The notes under the pieces: model-generated | Database searches by the model: none | The model's input: the letters and a program-made list of their open reading frames with translations, nothing else | What the model was told of the DNA's origin: nothing | Assembly (NCBI GenBank): GCA_964247055.1 | Contig: OZ176054.1 | Span: 9,548,001 to 9,612,000 of the forward strand | Direction: 5' to 3' | Source: Paragordius varius | Lineage: Eukaryota > Animalia > Nematomorpha | Length of the DNA stretch: 64,000 bases | Part shown: positions 38,858 to 51,245 of the stretch, piece by piece | How positions within the stretch are numbered: position 1 is the stretch's first letter | Layout: each line of letters opens with the position of its first letter | Translations under genes and position numbers: made by a program

Positions 38858-41800
38858 CAGGGCTTCTTAAACTATGGGTCGCGAGGAGATTTTATGTTTA
38901 TTATTGTGTTTTTAATATATTTAAATATTTCAAGTTTTTAGATGCTGTTAAAGTCATAAATTTTATTAAGATCTATGCCCTTAACAGTCGCTTATTTTCA
39001 AATCTCTGTGGGGATACGGTTCCAAAACACTTTGTTATTACATGCAAAAAAGAGGTCAAAGTTTAAAAAGATTATTGTTATTAAAGAACGAGATCGAAAT
39101 ATTTTAACTGAAAGAAAATGTGAATTTCTCCTTTTTTCAAAATGACTTGTGGCTATCCAAGCTGTGTTATTTGTCAGATTCTTTTGCGAAGTTAAACAAT
39201 ATTAACTTGTCTCTTCAAGGCAAAAATTGCGATATAAATACTTCAAACGATAAAATTAAAAATTTTATAAAAAGGATCAGCATTTGGAAAAGTAGGGTTG
39301 AAAATTCTCTCGAAATGTTTTCCAGTGTCGACAATTTTGTAATTGAGGGAATTCATTGTTAAACTTTTATTGAAAAAACTATTGTAGATCACCTAAAAGC
39401 GCTAGATATACAGTTCCGGACATATTTTAGTTTAAATATTGATTTACAAAAAATAGTTTGGATTCAAAAGCCGTTTTGGATTGGCTTAAGTAAGATTGAT
39501 TATCTGCCACTTAAAGCTCAAGAGGAATTCGCTAAGCTTTGTGTGACTCAAACTTAAAACTACAATTCCAAAAAAGCCCTTGACTTAATTTTGGATCGGA
39601 ACTAGAACTGAATTTCCCACAATCGCCGATGTGGCGTTAAATGTACTTCTGTCATTCAACACCACATATTTATGTGAAGTTAATTCAGCTTTAACACACA
39701 TTAAATCCCAATATCGTTCAGCGATAAAAAATGTTGAAGAGGTCTTACGTCCACCATTTTCAAACATTACACCAAGATTTGATTTGTTATGCAATAAAAA
39801 ACAGGCCCATCCATCTCATAAAATTTTTTACGTAAACTTTATTTCAATATTTACCACACAACTACATGGATATATTCGAGAGAATCAATAAGGTCAGAAT
39901 CCACTTTTGTCTTTGAAACTATAATGCAAATTTCAATTTTAGATTTTTATATGTTTGTAATAAGCGGAAAAAAAGGAATTTATTTTATATCATAAAAAAC
40001 TATGTTCCATTATATATAGTTTTAGAGCGAGGTTGCATTTTTGCATAAGGTTAAATATTTCAGTATTTAGATTGCATTCACAAGTTATATATTTGCATAA
40101 GGTTCAATATTACAGTATTTAGGTAAAAGCATTCACAACCAAGATAATATACATTTTTAGCGTAACAAGTACAAAGGTGTATTATGCACAAAGGATTTTC
40201 ATAAGGTAACTAAAATAAGATTAATTGAGTTAAGTTAACAAAAACAATTAAGTTATTATACATAACATATCTCCTATCTAATTTAAAAGTGATTTGTGTA
40301 TCTGTCAGGAGCTTTTAGGCTTCTGGTAGGATAGCGTCTCTCCACTGGTACTTCGAGGCTTGGGGGTTCTGCAATCTTATCGCCGGGACTTTGCTGATTA
40401 TTGTGGAAATCTTGACAAATATCCGGGGAAGGATTGGTATCATCATTATTAATATTGTCATCAATAGGAGGACCATGCAATGGGGTGGCTATGATATTAT
40501 CATTATTATTCTGTTGTTCCGATTCCAATTCTTTCGGGTCGTCTAGCTTATCCAATTCTTTCGGGTCGTCTAGCTTAAGTTCATCGGGACCTTCTTTTCG
40601 CCTTCTTATTTGATCCGTATGCTTTCGTAAAACCCTCCCTCTATCTTCGATATTGTAGGACAATAATCCAGTCCGCTCTACAACTTTTCCCTCTCGCCAA
40701 CCGGCTTCCAACTCATTTTTTATAAACACTTTCTCGCCTGGAACGAACTCACGTATATTATCTGGGGTACCATCGATATAATCCTTTGGTTTGCCTTTCA
40801 TCCAGGACAGCGGTGTCGGTATATTTCGTTTTAGGAATAGTCGTGCAGGTGTCTCATTTATACCATTGTGATGTGCTGATCTGTAAGCCCACAGTACCTG
40901 GTTTAACCGGCGTTCTGGATCTGCTACTTCAGAACACATATAATAGTGCGTTTTCAATGTTTGAATGACCCTTTCCACTAAACCATTTGTCCGAGGGTGG
41001 TATGGCGCAGAGGTTACATGCTTGATATTAGAGGAACTTAATATTCTTTCAAAATCACCGGACTTAAAATACGACGCATTATCAGTTACGATCATCTCTG
41101 GGGTGCCATATCGTGCAAACCAACCTTCTAAAACTTTCAAAATACTGATCGAGTTCACTGTTTTAAGCTGTGCTACTTCCACCCAACTGGTGCAGTGATC
41201 TATAAGTATGACCCAGTAAAGGTTATCTACGGGCCCCGCTATATCGAGATGCAATCGCTCCCAAACGGTGGTGCCATTTATACGTCGGGCTTACTGCAAT
41301 ATTGAACCGTGACTTTTGACAATTTGAGCAGCCTTGCACCCATTTTTCGATATCCTGGTTCAATTTCGGCCAAAACACACCACTCTTACCTAACGCTTTC
41401 ATGGACTGTAGGGTGACCTTAATGAAGATAGTTAAGAACATCAACCCTCATGCTTTGAGGCACAATAAGGCGGTCACCTAAATATAGAAGGCCGTATGAT
41501 TTTTCGATATCATTCCTCAGTGGTTTATAGGACTGCACCCCCGGATGAGACCAATCATTAGTCTTTCGTGCTGCTTTAATCTGTTTACACGTCTCATCGC
41601 TCATAGTTTCCTTAAGCACCCTCTCCTTGTTTAAGTTTAACTCCTGACACCATAGCAACCGGACCTCCTGCGCTATATCCTCGTCATTGTCACACTCTTC
41701 AGTTATCTCAGTTGGTAGTCTTGATAGTGAATCTGCTAGATTTTCGGTTCCTGGGTAGTACATTATGTTGAAGTCGAAAATGGATGTTTTTGAAATCCAT

Positions 41801-44743
41801 CATAGCAATTTACTATTGTTTAGCTCGCTTAATACACGTTGCTGCCCGAATAATTTGATAAGAGGTTTATGATCTGTTCTAATCTCAAATTTTCTACCAT
41901 ATAAAAATGTTTTAAATTTCTCTAGGGCCAATACAATGGCTTTTGCCTCTTTTTCTATAACCGAATAATTTTTCTCTGCCGGGGAACATTTTTTTGAAAA
42001 ATATGCAATGGGTTTACCTTCCGACGTTCTGTGCGACAAAATGGCCCCAAACCCCTCCCCAGATGCATCCGTTTCTAGAATAAGGGGAAGTCTGGGGTTA
42101 AAAGGGAAGAGGCGGCTGTTATTCCCTATTAATAACTTCGCCCTTTCAAAAATATTTTGGTGTACCTCGGTCCAACACCATTTCTTTTTGGAACCAGCTA
42201 GCTGATGGAGTTCGTTAACAATTGTATTTAGAGAAGGTATAAATCGTGAATGAAAGTTTAAAAGGCCCAAAAACGAACGGAGACTTGTTTTATCTTTAGG
42301 GGCTGGACACTCGCGAATGGCTTTAATCTTACTGCTCGCTGGTTTTATACTTTTTTCTGATATAATAAACCCCAAATATTCTACTTCCTGTTGAAAAAGC
42401 TTTATTTTATCTTTTTTTAATTTAAGACCCATTCGTTCTAATCTTTCAAATACTTGTGTTAGGTTTCTATAATGCTCCTCATCCGTTTCCCCCGTAACAA
42501 TTACATCATCCAAATAGACCGCTGTTCCCTTACAATCTCCTAATAGCTCATCCATGATCTGTTGGAAAAAACTAGGTGCTCACGACAGACCAAAAGGGAG
42601 CCTAGTATATTTAAAAAACCCAAGAGGTGTGGATATTGTGAGAAGATTTTGAGATTCCGGATGCACTGGAATCTGAAGATAAGCATCTTTTAAATCTAAT
42701 GTTGAAAACGTCTTACCATGTGAAATTTTGGAAATCAAATCATCAAATGTGGGTATTATATATTGAGGTGTTTTAATGTATTTGTTTATGGACACTTTAA
42801 AATCTGCGCATATTCTTAATTCATTATTTGACTTTAATACGTTTACTATAGGACTGGACCAACAAATTTTAGACTGCTTGGGGTCTACTGGTTCAATAAT
42901 TTTTAAGGATACTAGCCTTTTGATCTCTTCACTTAATTTCTCTTGTAAGGCCAAGGGAACCCTTCTAGCCGGAAATGCCCGTCCCCTACTTTTTCTAAAA
43001 ATATCTTTATGGGTTCTCCTTTCCAACAACCCAATTTGTTATCAAATAAAGACTTAATTTTATTGTAAATATCATTTGTGTGATATAATTTATTAATATA
43101 TAATTCGTTAGGCAATGAGATATTGAATAGCTGGATCCAATCCATGCCAAATATTAGAGGAAGATGTCTCTTCGTAATAAAGCATTTTGTTATCTTTTTT
43201 AATTTATTTAATTCAAGAGTTACAGTTGTCTCTCCTATTATGTGTAAAGGATTATTATCATAAGTGTTTATGTTAAAATAAATGGGTTTTATTTTAGGCT
43301 TTCCTATTTTACCCACGTGCTAAAATTTATTAAAGATATGTCGGCCCCCGTGTCGAATAACATTTCGACGTGGGTTGAGTTTATTTTTACATTTATTTTA
43401 GGTTTATTTACGATATTATTCACATACCTGTTATTGCCAGCATATTTGTTTTGGCATTGGCTTCCGAAATGATTTCTACCCTGACATTTGAAACATACCT
43501 TCCCAAACGCTGGGCAGCATCCGTATTTGTGGGCGCGACCGCATTTAAAACACGATTTTACGACAGGTTTGCGTCTTACCAGATATATTTCATTATTATT
43601 AATATTACCATCATTAAAAGTTTCATTATTATTACCATTAGTAATACCATTATTATTACCATTATTAATACTTTCATTATTATATATTGCTCTCACTGAG
43701 TTCACTTCCAGGTGAGAATTTTCATACGCTAATGCCAGATTTAGAACCTTATTTAATCCCACTGGTATGTCGTTGTCTAATGCCTTTGGGTACCTGTTCA
43801 GCAGTTCAGTCTCTAGTTTTTTCTCCTTCAACCCACATATAAACACGTCCCGTATTAATTCGTCAACGTTTCCTTTGAATTCGCATGCAACGGCCATATT
43901 TTTGAGTCTTATAAAAAATTCCAAGAATCCTTCACCCGCTAGCTCTAAAAAAATCGAATCGGGATAAAAAAGTATTTTTGGTTGGCTGAAATATTTTCAC
44001 CCCAGCTTCATAAATCTCCTCCCAAGATATGTTTTCAATATTAACGGGGTAAAAGAATTGTTCCACTTTAGAAATGTTATCAATACCGGATTGGGCAAGA
44101 AAGATGGCTTTAATATTTCCATTATTATCCTGTATTCCTTTAATTACTAAATTTCTTCGTAAATATTTAATATATTCCGTAAAATTATTATTGATTTTAT
44201 AACTTTCAATACTTATTTTTTCCATAATAATGAATACAACGTAATACAAAAAAAAATCGACCGCGTCAAATGTAATAAGCGGAAAAAAAGGAATTTATTT
44301 AATATCATAAAAAACTATGTTCCATTATATATAGTTTTAGAGCGAGGTTGCATTTTTGCATAAGGTTAAATATTTCAGTATTTAGATGAAAGCATTCACA
44401 AGTTATATATTTGCATAAGGTTCAATATTACAGTATTTAGGTAAAAGCATTTACAACCAAGATAATATACATTTTTAGCGTAACAAGTACAAAGGTGTAT
44501 TATGCACAAAGGATTTTCATAAGGTAACTAAAATAAGATTAATTGAGTTAAGTTAACAAAAACAATTAAGTTATTATACATAACAATGTTTTAAAACGAA
44601 TTCTTATGTTTCATATGCATATGTATATTGTTACCTAATAAATATATCATCAAAAAATATTATTTTATTTTTCTTTTATATTTGTTGGGGTCGTTAAGAA
44701 ACTGGCAATCATAAATGGGGTCGGGAATTACAAAGAAGCCCTG
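38858..44743 (+). mobile_element. Inner hAT element of the same family with a decayed ZBED5/SCAND3/Buster-like transposase
   Basis: CAGGGCTTCTTAAACTATGGGTCGCG...GAAGCCCTG. Fragments WLSKLCYLSDSFAKLNNINLSLQG and FPTIADVALNVLLSFNTTYLCE...KQAHPSH are hAT transposase C-terminal motifs. No matching TSD found. Confidence 0.75.
39956..44585 (-). mobile_element. Full-length but frameshifted Ty3/Gypsy (Mag-like) LTR retrotransposon
   Basis: LTRs 39956-40267 and 44271-44585 (TG...CA; 2-3 substitutions plus one indel) and 5-bp TSD ATGTT. Gag with tandem CCHC-type knuckles, protease LFDTGAD, RT YLDD, RNase H ETDAS, integrase HLDIAGP...TDNA...NGLVER in PR-RT-RH-IN order. PPT AGATAGGAGATA; PBS region TTTGACGCGGTCGA lacks the usual TGG. 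Confidence 0.95.
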
Positions 44744-45000
44744 CTTTATAGGGCAAATATTTGGAATCATCTTTGATACTATCGTCTCATGGGTTATTCG
44801 AAAAAATACAACACTAAATAATCGTTATATAATGGCGTTTTAGGGATAAAGGCCCCAAATTAACGGCTAATAAAAAATCCGACCTTAATTTTTACCTAGT
44901 TACCGGTAATATTTCCAGATTTTAATGAGCTCATATGGCTTCACAAATTTTCTGTAAATTAATTCCAAAACAACGCAATTTCTATATTGTGGCGCAGTTT

Positions 45001-45488
45001 TAGCGGCTATCCAGCAGCCAATATTAAAAAAAAGCAAGAATAAAATTTTTGCCTTTTAACAGAGAATAACTCGAATCCTCAGTGAATTTTAACGATCTCA
45101 TAACCTGGGCAAAAAATTATTAAATTTTTTTTTGAAAAAAATGACATTTTACGGCGGGAACGGGTAAAAGGAGAGCCTAAATTAAAAAAGTAAGCCGACT
45201 AGGTTTGGCGCCGAAAAAAAAGTAAAAATAATTATATTTGAAATCGAATGGTACAACACGTTTTCCGGAAAATTGTCTCAAAAACACGATTTTTTGGACT
45301 TCTGTTTTCAAAAAACCCGTTTTTTACACATGGTGGGCCCGAACTGAGGGCCTAATTCAAAAAAGGGCGAAGCTATTGTCGGGGCATTCATTAATGATTA
45401 TATTTGGACATTTGGATTTGAATGGGTCTACCGGTTTTCCGGAAACAGATCACAAAACCTGCATTTTCCATTTTTATAAATATATAGA
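45001..45488 (-). mobile_element. Helitron copy 3 (5' part)
   Basis: A|TC 5' end at 45488 and body homologous to 19527-20598; no 3' CTAG end found. Confidence 0.7.
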
Positions 45489-46128
45489 TTATAATCGGAA
45501 TAGAAATGCTGGAATAAACAGTCTTTCCCAACCAGAAGTTTATGATATATTTATCTACGATGATTGTTATTATTCTTTATAACAATAATTTTAGTTAAAA
45601 AACATTTTTTGTTAAATTGTATTTTTATCACTCGTCCCATAATTTTGCTACGCAACCCCAAATGGGGTCGCGACCCATAGTTTACCTGATATAGTACAAT
45701 CGCAAAATTGAGATTAATTTAAATAAAAATTTTCGTGCAAGTTAGATGTTCCTTTCCCTTTTCCAAAAATTATCATTTTATATAATAAAATATAATTGAA
45801 AAAGAGTAACATTTATAGTTGATTTCAGATATGGGCCCCGAAACTTTCAAATTCTCGGGTCCCTCTATATGCTCTAGTATTTTTAAATAAAATCCGAGAT
45901 TGCGCACTAACAACTTTTATATTCTAGGCAATGACAATAAATAAAAAATGCATAATTTGCCAAAAAAATAAAATTTAGCAAAACTTTTTTAAAGCGCAAT
46001 CAATTTATTTAATTTTGAAGCATTGCGGAAAAAACATTCAATGATATCTAAAAACATTTCTCCTTATTCAATGAATCGCAGAATTTATATTGCGTTGTTG
46101 TTGTTTTCAAATTTTGGTTATATTTTTA

Positions 46129-46700
46129 CACTTGGATACAACACATTCATTCCAATCCTTCGATTCTAATTGAGGTAGTTTGATACCTCAAACCTGTTTA
46201 AAATAAAATAATTCAAAAAATATGGAATGATTTGAAACCATGGCAAAAATTTGCACTTATATACCATTAATGAACCAAAAATAAAAAAGTTCCATCGAAA
46301 ATACTTGATATTACTTATTTCAAGGTAAAACCGCAAGGTAAAAGTTTAGTCAACATGACATGTGTGCATTAGCTAAATTTATAAAAAATACAAATTAAAC
46401 CACATTTTATTTTTATATCAATGCTAGATGTGATTCAAATGATAAATTAGCTTGATTTGGCTTTAAAATTAAAAAAACACGATATTTTGAAAGGATGTTG
46501 CAAAATAAAATTGGCGCCGAACTAATTTGGTATGAAACTTTTCTTCAAAATTAAATTTTATTTATCAATTTCGGCTTACATAATTTTTATTAGGATAGAA
46601 GCATAAATTTAAATTGGAACCGTTTCTTTCTGTAATTTTTTTAAAAATATCAACTTAAATATTGTCTGGGGTATTTAGATATCCCAATTTGAACGAAGTG
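46129..46700 (+). mobile_element. Chapaev3-type MITE, family B, copy 3
   Basis: TTA|CACTTGGATAC...GAACGAAGTG|TTA with 3-bp TSD TTA. Confidence 0.75.
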
Positions 46701-47082
46701 TTAAACAAATATTTAACTAGAAAATGACCTAATAATAAAAACGAGGTTATAGAAATCTTAGGAAACATTGATAAAAATAATTTTAGTATCGTTATACCGG
46801 TTCCATTATTATGCTTTAAATTACCATAAAATACGATTCAAATAAGTTATAAAATTTAAATTTTTAAGCAAAGTTATCTTTTTAATAAATAATTTTTTTA
46901 TACCATAAATTAGCTTAAAAGTTGTATCACAAAATTCGGATTTCTTGCTTAAATTTTATAAAAGACCATTTTAAAACATTTAATTTCTTTTTTTATTTTC
47001 CTATATGCAATTAAATTTTGGGGTATTTTTTTATCCCATTAAACTTGTAAATAAGGTCGTGTTTTGAAAATTGTTTGGTTAA

Positions 47083-47617
47083 CACTTCGATTCGAATTGG
47101 GAGTGACATCAAACTTTTGAGTTGTTTTTTATAAAACCAATGAAAAAACCGCTTCCAATTTTATTTTAAGCTTCTACCCTACTAAAAATTTTATAAATAA
47201 GCCAAAATATCTAAATAAAAATTAGTTTTGGAAAAAAGTTGCGAATCAAACTACTTCGACGCCATTTTCGTTTTGCAACGTTTTTACAAAAATCGTTATT
47301 TTTTGATGCTAAAATTAAAGTTAGTTTTTTATTAAACATAAAAATTGATATAAACCGGAAAAGTTGTTTATTTTGCATTGTTTTTAGCTGATGTACACAT
47401 ATGATGTTGACTAAATCTTAACCTTGAAGTTATCCATAAAATCAGTATCAAGTATTTTTTAATTGAATCTTTTTTTATATTTCAGTGCATCAATCTTTAA
47501 GTTCATTCAATTTCAATTTATTCCATATTTTCTAAAGTATTTGATTTGAAACAGGCCTGTGGTTCCCACAGATACCAATTTAAACCGGAGGACTTAAATG
47601 AATGTGGTAATAAAGTG
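47083..47617 (-). mobile_element. Chapaev3-type MITE, family B, copy 4 (more diverged)
   Basis: TAA|CACTTCGATTCG... homologous to 34684-35253; right flank TTG does not match the left. Confidence 0.6.
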
Positions 47618-48879
47618 TTGAAAAAGGTACGCATTTTTAATAATTACTCATAGGAATTTTTGTAGCCCACATCTAAAATTAAAATATAAATATTGTTTAG
47701 CTATAATATTATGATATGATTCATGTTATATTACACTGTGCGCAAAAAAGGGGGGTAAAAAAATAAACAAAAATGATTTTTATCTAGAATAATAAGAAAT
47801 CCCTTGGAAAAGAAGACCCCAAAAAATTTGGGGCAAAAACGCGCCCTAAAATGGAAATATTCCATTTTTTCATTTTTGACTAGTAATAAATTTTTGTCCA
47901 TATTTTTTAATCTTATCGAGCAAACATTATAAAATTTTTATATATTATATAAAACCTAATATATTCTTAAGAAAAATACATATAATAATTTTAAAGTACC
48001 AATAATTTTTTTTATTCCACAAAAATAGAAATTCGAAAATTTCATGAAATTGTCAAAATATATTATAAAAAAATTATTTGTAAGAACTCCATATTGTTAT
48101 TATTATTTAAGTTTATGACTAATATATAACATACCAAAGAGTTGCTATATATAATAAAGGCTATGTATCTTTTTAAGTCCGTAGAAAAATTTCTATTTTT
48201 TCAAAAATTTTTGCAATTTTTGTTGAATTTTCATCATATGCTGATCATTGATTCATAAATACATTACTGCGCAATTTTCAAATCCGATTAAAAAAAAACC
48301 AATAAAATTTCAAGATTATGAAATTCCCATTACTTTGGATACAGGTATATATATATATATTGTTTAATAACATAGTAAAGACCTTTTCTGCTATATATGT
48401 GGAAGGTATCATCGCCCTACAAATTTGATTAAAATAACTGAACCAATAATTAATATTTTTAACTTGTATTTTGCTGAATAGTTAATACAAGTAAATATGG
48501 GCCCCCAGCAAGGTAATTATATTAATTATAATATATTTTCTAAATATTAGGCAAACCGGGATACTGACAGAAAAAATAATTAACATGGACGTGAATATTG
48601 ATGTTAAAAAGATTCAATATAGAAAAAGAAATAAACATTTTGATGATATATATATATATATATAAATAAAAATATTCTGACATCCAGAAACTATTGCTCA
48701 AATTATAAATCAAACAATTATTACAATTATATATATTGAAAAACTGATAATAAATGGATTTATATTCATTCGATAGAATTTTTAGCATTTTTTTATAGTA
48801 AGAATATTTAATTAGGTTTCTACAAAATTTTAAAATCTTCAAACACTTCCAACCATACAATACACAATGAATCTGATTA

Positions 48880-49110
48880 TGAATCAGTTGTTCAATTCAT
48901 ACATCTAGGTCACATTATTAGTGCCAACTGTGGCGTAACTGAGGCTATCATAGATAGAATCACACAAACATGGAAAAGCTACCATGCACTCAAACAAATA
49001 ATAAATATAAACATTAAGGATGCTCTTGATCGCACTTCTTGGAGAAAATAATACGACAAGCTTCATATCTGAAGATAGTTTAACCCAACAACAACACTTC
49101 AAATACATAT
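48880..49110 (+). mobile_element. RTE-like LINE fragment inside the Chapaev3 element
   Basis: VQFIHLGHIISANCGVTEAIIDRITQTWKSYHALKQII parallels VSSFCYLGDMISAGGGIEHAIKHRISQMWKKYHSLKLII of the LINE at about 14125-14250; followed by a 24-bp x3 tandem repeat (about 49112-49183). Confidence 0.6.
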
Positions 49111-49192
49111 AAGAATTTAAATTTATTTATACATAAGAATTTAAATTTATTTATACATAAGAATTTAAATTTATTTATACATAATGAATATA

Positions 49193-50135
49193 TTAGTCAG
49201 ACATAAAATGATTCCAATAGTATTCACCAATCATGTGGATACTATTGGAACTATTATAATTTTTTTCTATGTGTTTCAGTGTTTGGTGGAACCGTTCCCC
49301 ATCCTGGTCTGTTGCCCTCCACCGGGGGAATTTGTCCAGATGCTTATCCACAAGATGCAGTTTTATGGACATATTTGCACCTAAAAATATATAAATAACA
49401 TTAAATGTTAAAGATAAGTTTTAAAAATCAAATATGTACCTAGAACTTTATAGGAGTCAACTACTTCGGCTCCTAGAGATAGATAATTCAGAGATTTATA
49501 ATTTCCTAAAAATTCCCTACTGAAAGTTCTAAAAGCATTAAATGCTCTTTTTTCAGTAGGGTTCATTAAGTTATACAAGGCCTCCGAATCAAATAGTCTT
49601 TCTATTTGAGGGCCTGTTAAATAACCTGCGGCCAATTTTGATGGATTGATTTTGAACATATTTAAATAAAAATTGTAGGCTGGTCCTCCCTTGTGATATA
49701 TGTGCGGGCTAGCCCCAATTTAATATGTAAGGGAGGAATCATCATGTTGTCCATTTTAATCAATGGGATTCTGTCCAGGCTATAAGTACCTTGTATATTT
49801 TAAAATAAAATATACCTATGACATCATCCGTTCTAGGTTGGTATATATGATTTGAATTGTAATGGTTTGCCTTCTCTCTAGATTTAAAGAGGCAAAAAAA
49901 GCACGCGTAGGTAGGGTAACCGCCTTTCAAACCGCGGCATATAGATAAAACCTAAAAATTATTTAATGTTATACTTTATAATCAGCAATCAAGGAGTAGT
50001 GATTGCGATTCGGACACCTATCCAACATCTTTTTATAAAGAATACAAGTTAAAAATATTAATTATTGGTTCAGTTATTTTAATCAAATTTGTAGGGCGAT
50101 GATACCTTCCACATATATAGCAGAAAAGGTCTTTA
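49193..50135 (-). pseudogene. Chapaev3-type DDE transposase pseudogene with spliceosomal introns
   Basis: FCYICG in the arm; an internal deletion; then IADYK|VLSICRGLKGGYPTYACFFC, PPLHIKLGL, LAAGYLTGPQI, FLGNYKS, LG|ANMSIKLH...DGERFHQ...GEYYW*. One frameshift near 49680. Confidence 0.85.
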
Positions 50136-50849
50136 CTATGTTATTAAACAATATATATATATATACCTGTATCCAAAGTAATGGGAATTTCATAATCTTG
50201 AAATTTTATTGGTTTTTTTTTAATCGGATTTGAAAATTGCGCAGTAATGTATTTATGAATCAATGATCAGCATATGATGAAAATTCAACAAAAATTGCAA
50301 AAATTTTTGAAAAAATAGAAATTTTTCTACGGACTTAAAAAGATACATAGCCTTTATTATATATAGCAACTCTTTGGTATGTTATATATTAGTCATAAAC
50401 TTAAATAATAATAACAATATGGAGTTCTTACAAATAATTTTTTTATAATATATTTCGACAATTTCATGAAATTTTCGAATTTCTATTTTTGTGGAATAAA
50501 AAAAATTATTGGTACTTTAAAATTATTATATGTATTTTTCTTAAGAATATATTAGGTTTTATATAATATATAAAAATTTTATAATGTTTGCTCGATAAGA
50601 TTAAAAAATATGGACAAAAATTTATTTCTAGTCAAAAATGAAAAAATGGAATATTTCCATTTTAGGGCGCGTTTTTGCCCCAAATTTTTTGGGGTCTTCT
50701 TTTCCAAGGTATTTCTTATTATTCTAGATAAAAATCATTTTTGTTTATTTTTTTGTGCGCACTGTGTTATTATATTTTTTGGATTGAAGGTTTTTGAGCT
50801 TAGAATGCAAAGTCCTTATCTAAAAATTGGAAAAATATTGTATTGATAT

Positions 50850-51245
50850 TCAATAGTTTATATATGATATGATTCCCATTATTTTTTATTATAATTATGT
50901 TTAAAGGAAACTTAAACTGAGCCTACATCTAAAAGTTAAACATTTGTCATTTAATAGTTTGTGATATGATTCCCATTATTTTTTATTAAATTTTTGTTTA
51001 AAGATTACTTAAGATACAGAGCTATATCTAAACGTTGAAATTTTGCTATTCAATAGTTTATTATATGATTCCATTATTTTTATTATATTTTTATTTAAAG
51101 GTTACTTAAGATACAGAGCCTACATCAAAAAGTTGAAATTTTGCTATTCAATAGTTTATGACATGAATTTTATTATTTTTTATTTATTTTTGTTTAAAGG
51201 TTACTTAAGATACACAACCTACATCTAAAAATTAAAATTGAATAG
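50850..51245. repeat. Diverged minisatellite, about 99 bp x 4
   Basis: AATAGTTT anchors at 50852, 50953, 51052 and 51150; shared GATTCCCATTATTTTTTATT and TACTTAAGATAC blocks. Confidence 0.8.

Larger units (their letters stand above)
38176..45688 (-). mobile_element. Outer hAT (Buster/Charlie-type) element hosting a nest of insertions
   Basis: Left end CAGGGCTTCTTAAAC, right end GGGTCGCGACCCATAGTTTACCTG; identical 8-bp TSD ATATAGTA at 38168-38175 and 45689-45696. Confidence 0.8.
47734..50766. mobile_element. Chapaev3 (CMC) transposon derivative with about 730-bp inverted arms
   Basis: TTA|CACTGTG...CACTGTG|TTA; arms 47734-48470 and 50041-50766 are near-identical inverted copies; transposase remnant inside. 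Confidence 0.85.

Noticed and set aside
44255-44270. Non-TGG primer-binding site as a sign of self-priming
   Set aside because: No complementary sequence was found in the LTR; a mutated ordinary PBS is simpler.
39956-44585. Apparent mismatch between near-identical LTRs and about 7 frame breaks inside the Gypsy
   Set aside because: The LTR pair has one indel in about 625 bp, which scales to about 6 indels over 4 kb, so ordinary post-insertion decay or sequencing error explains it.
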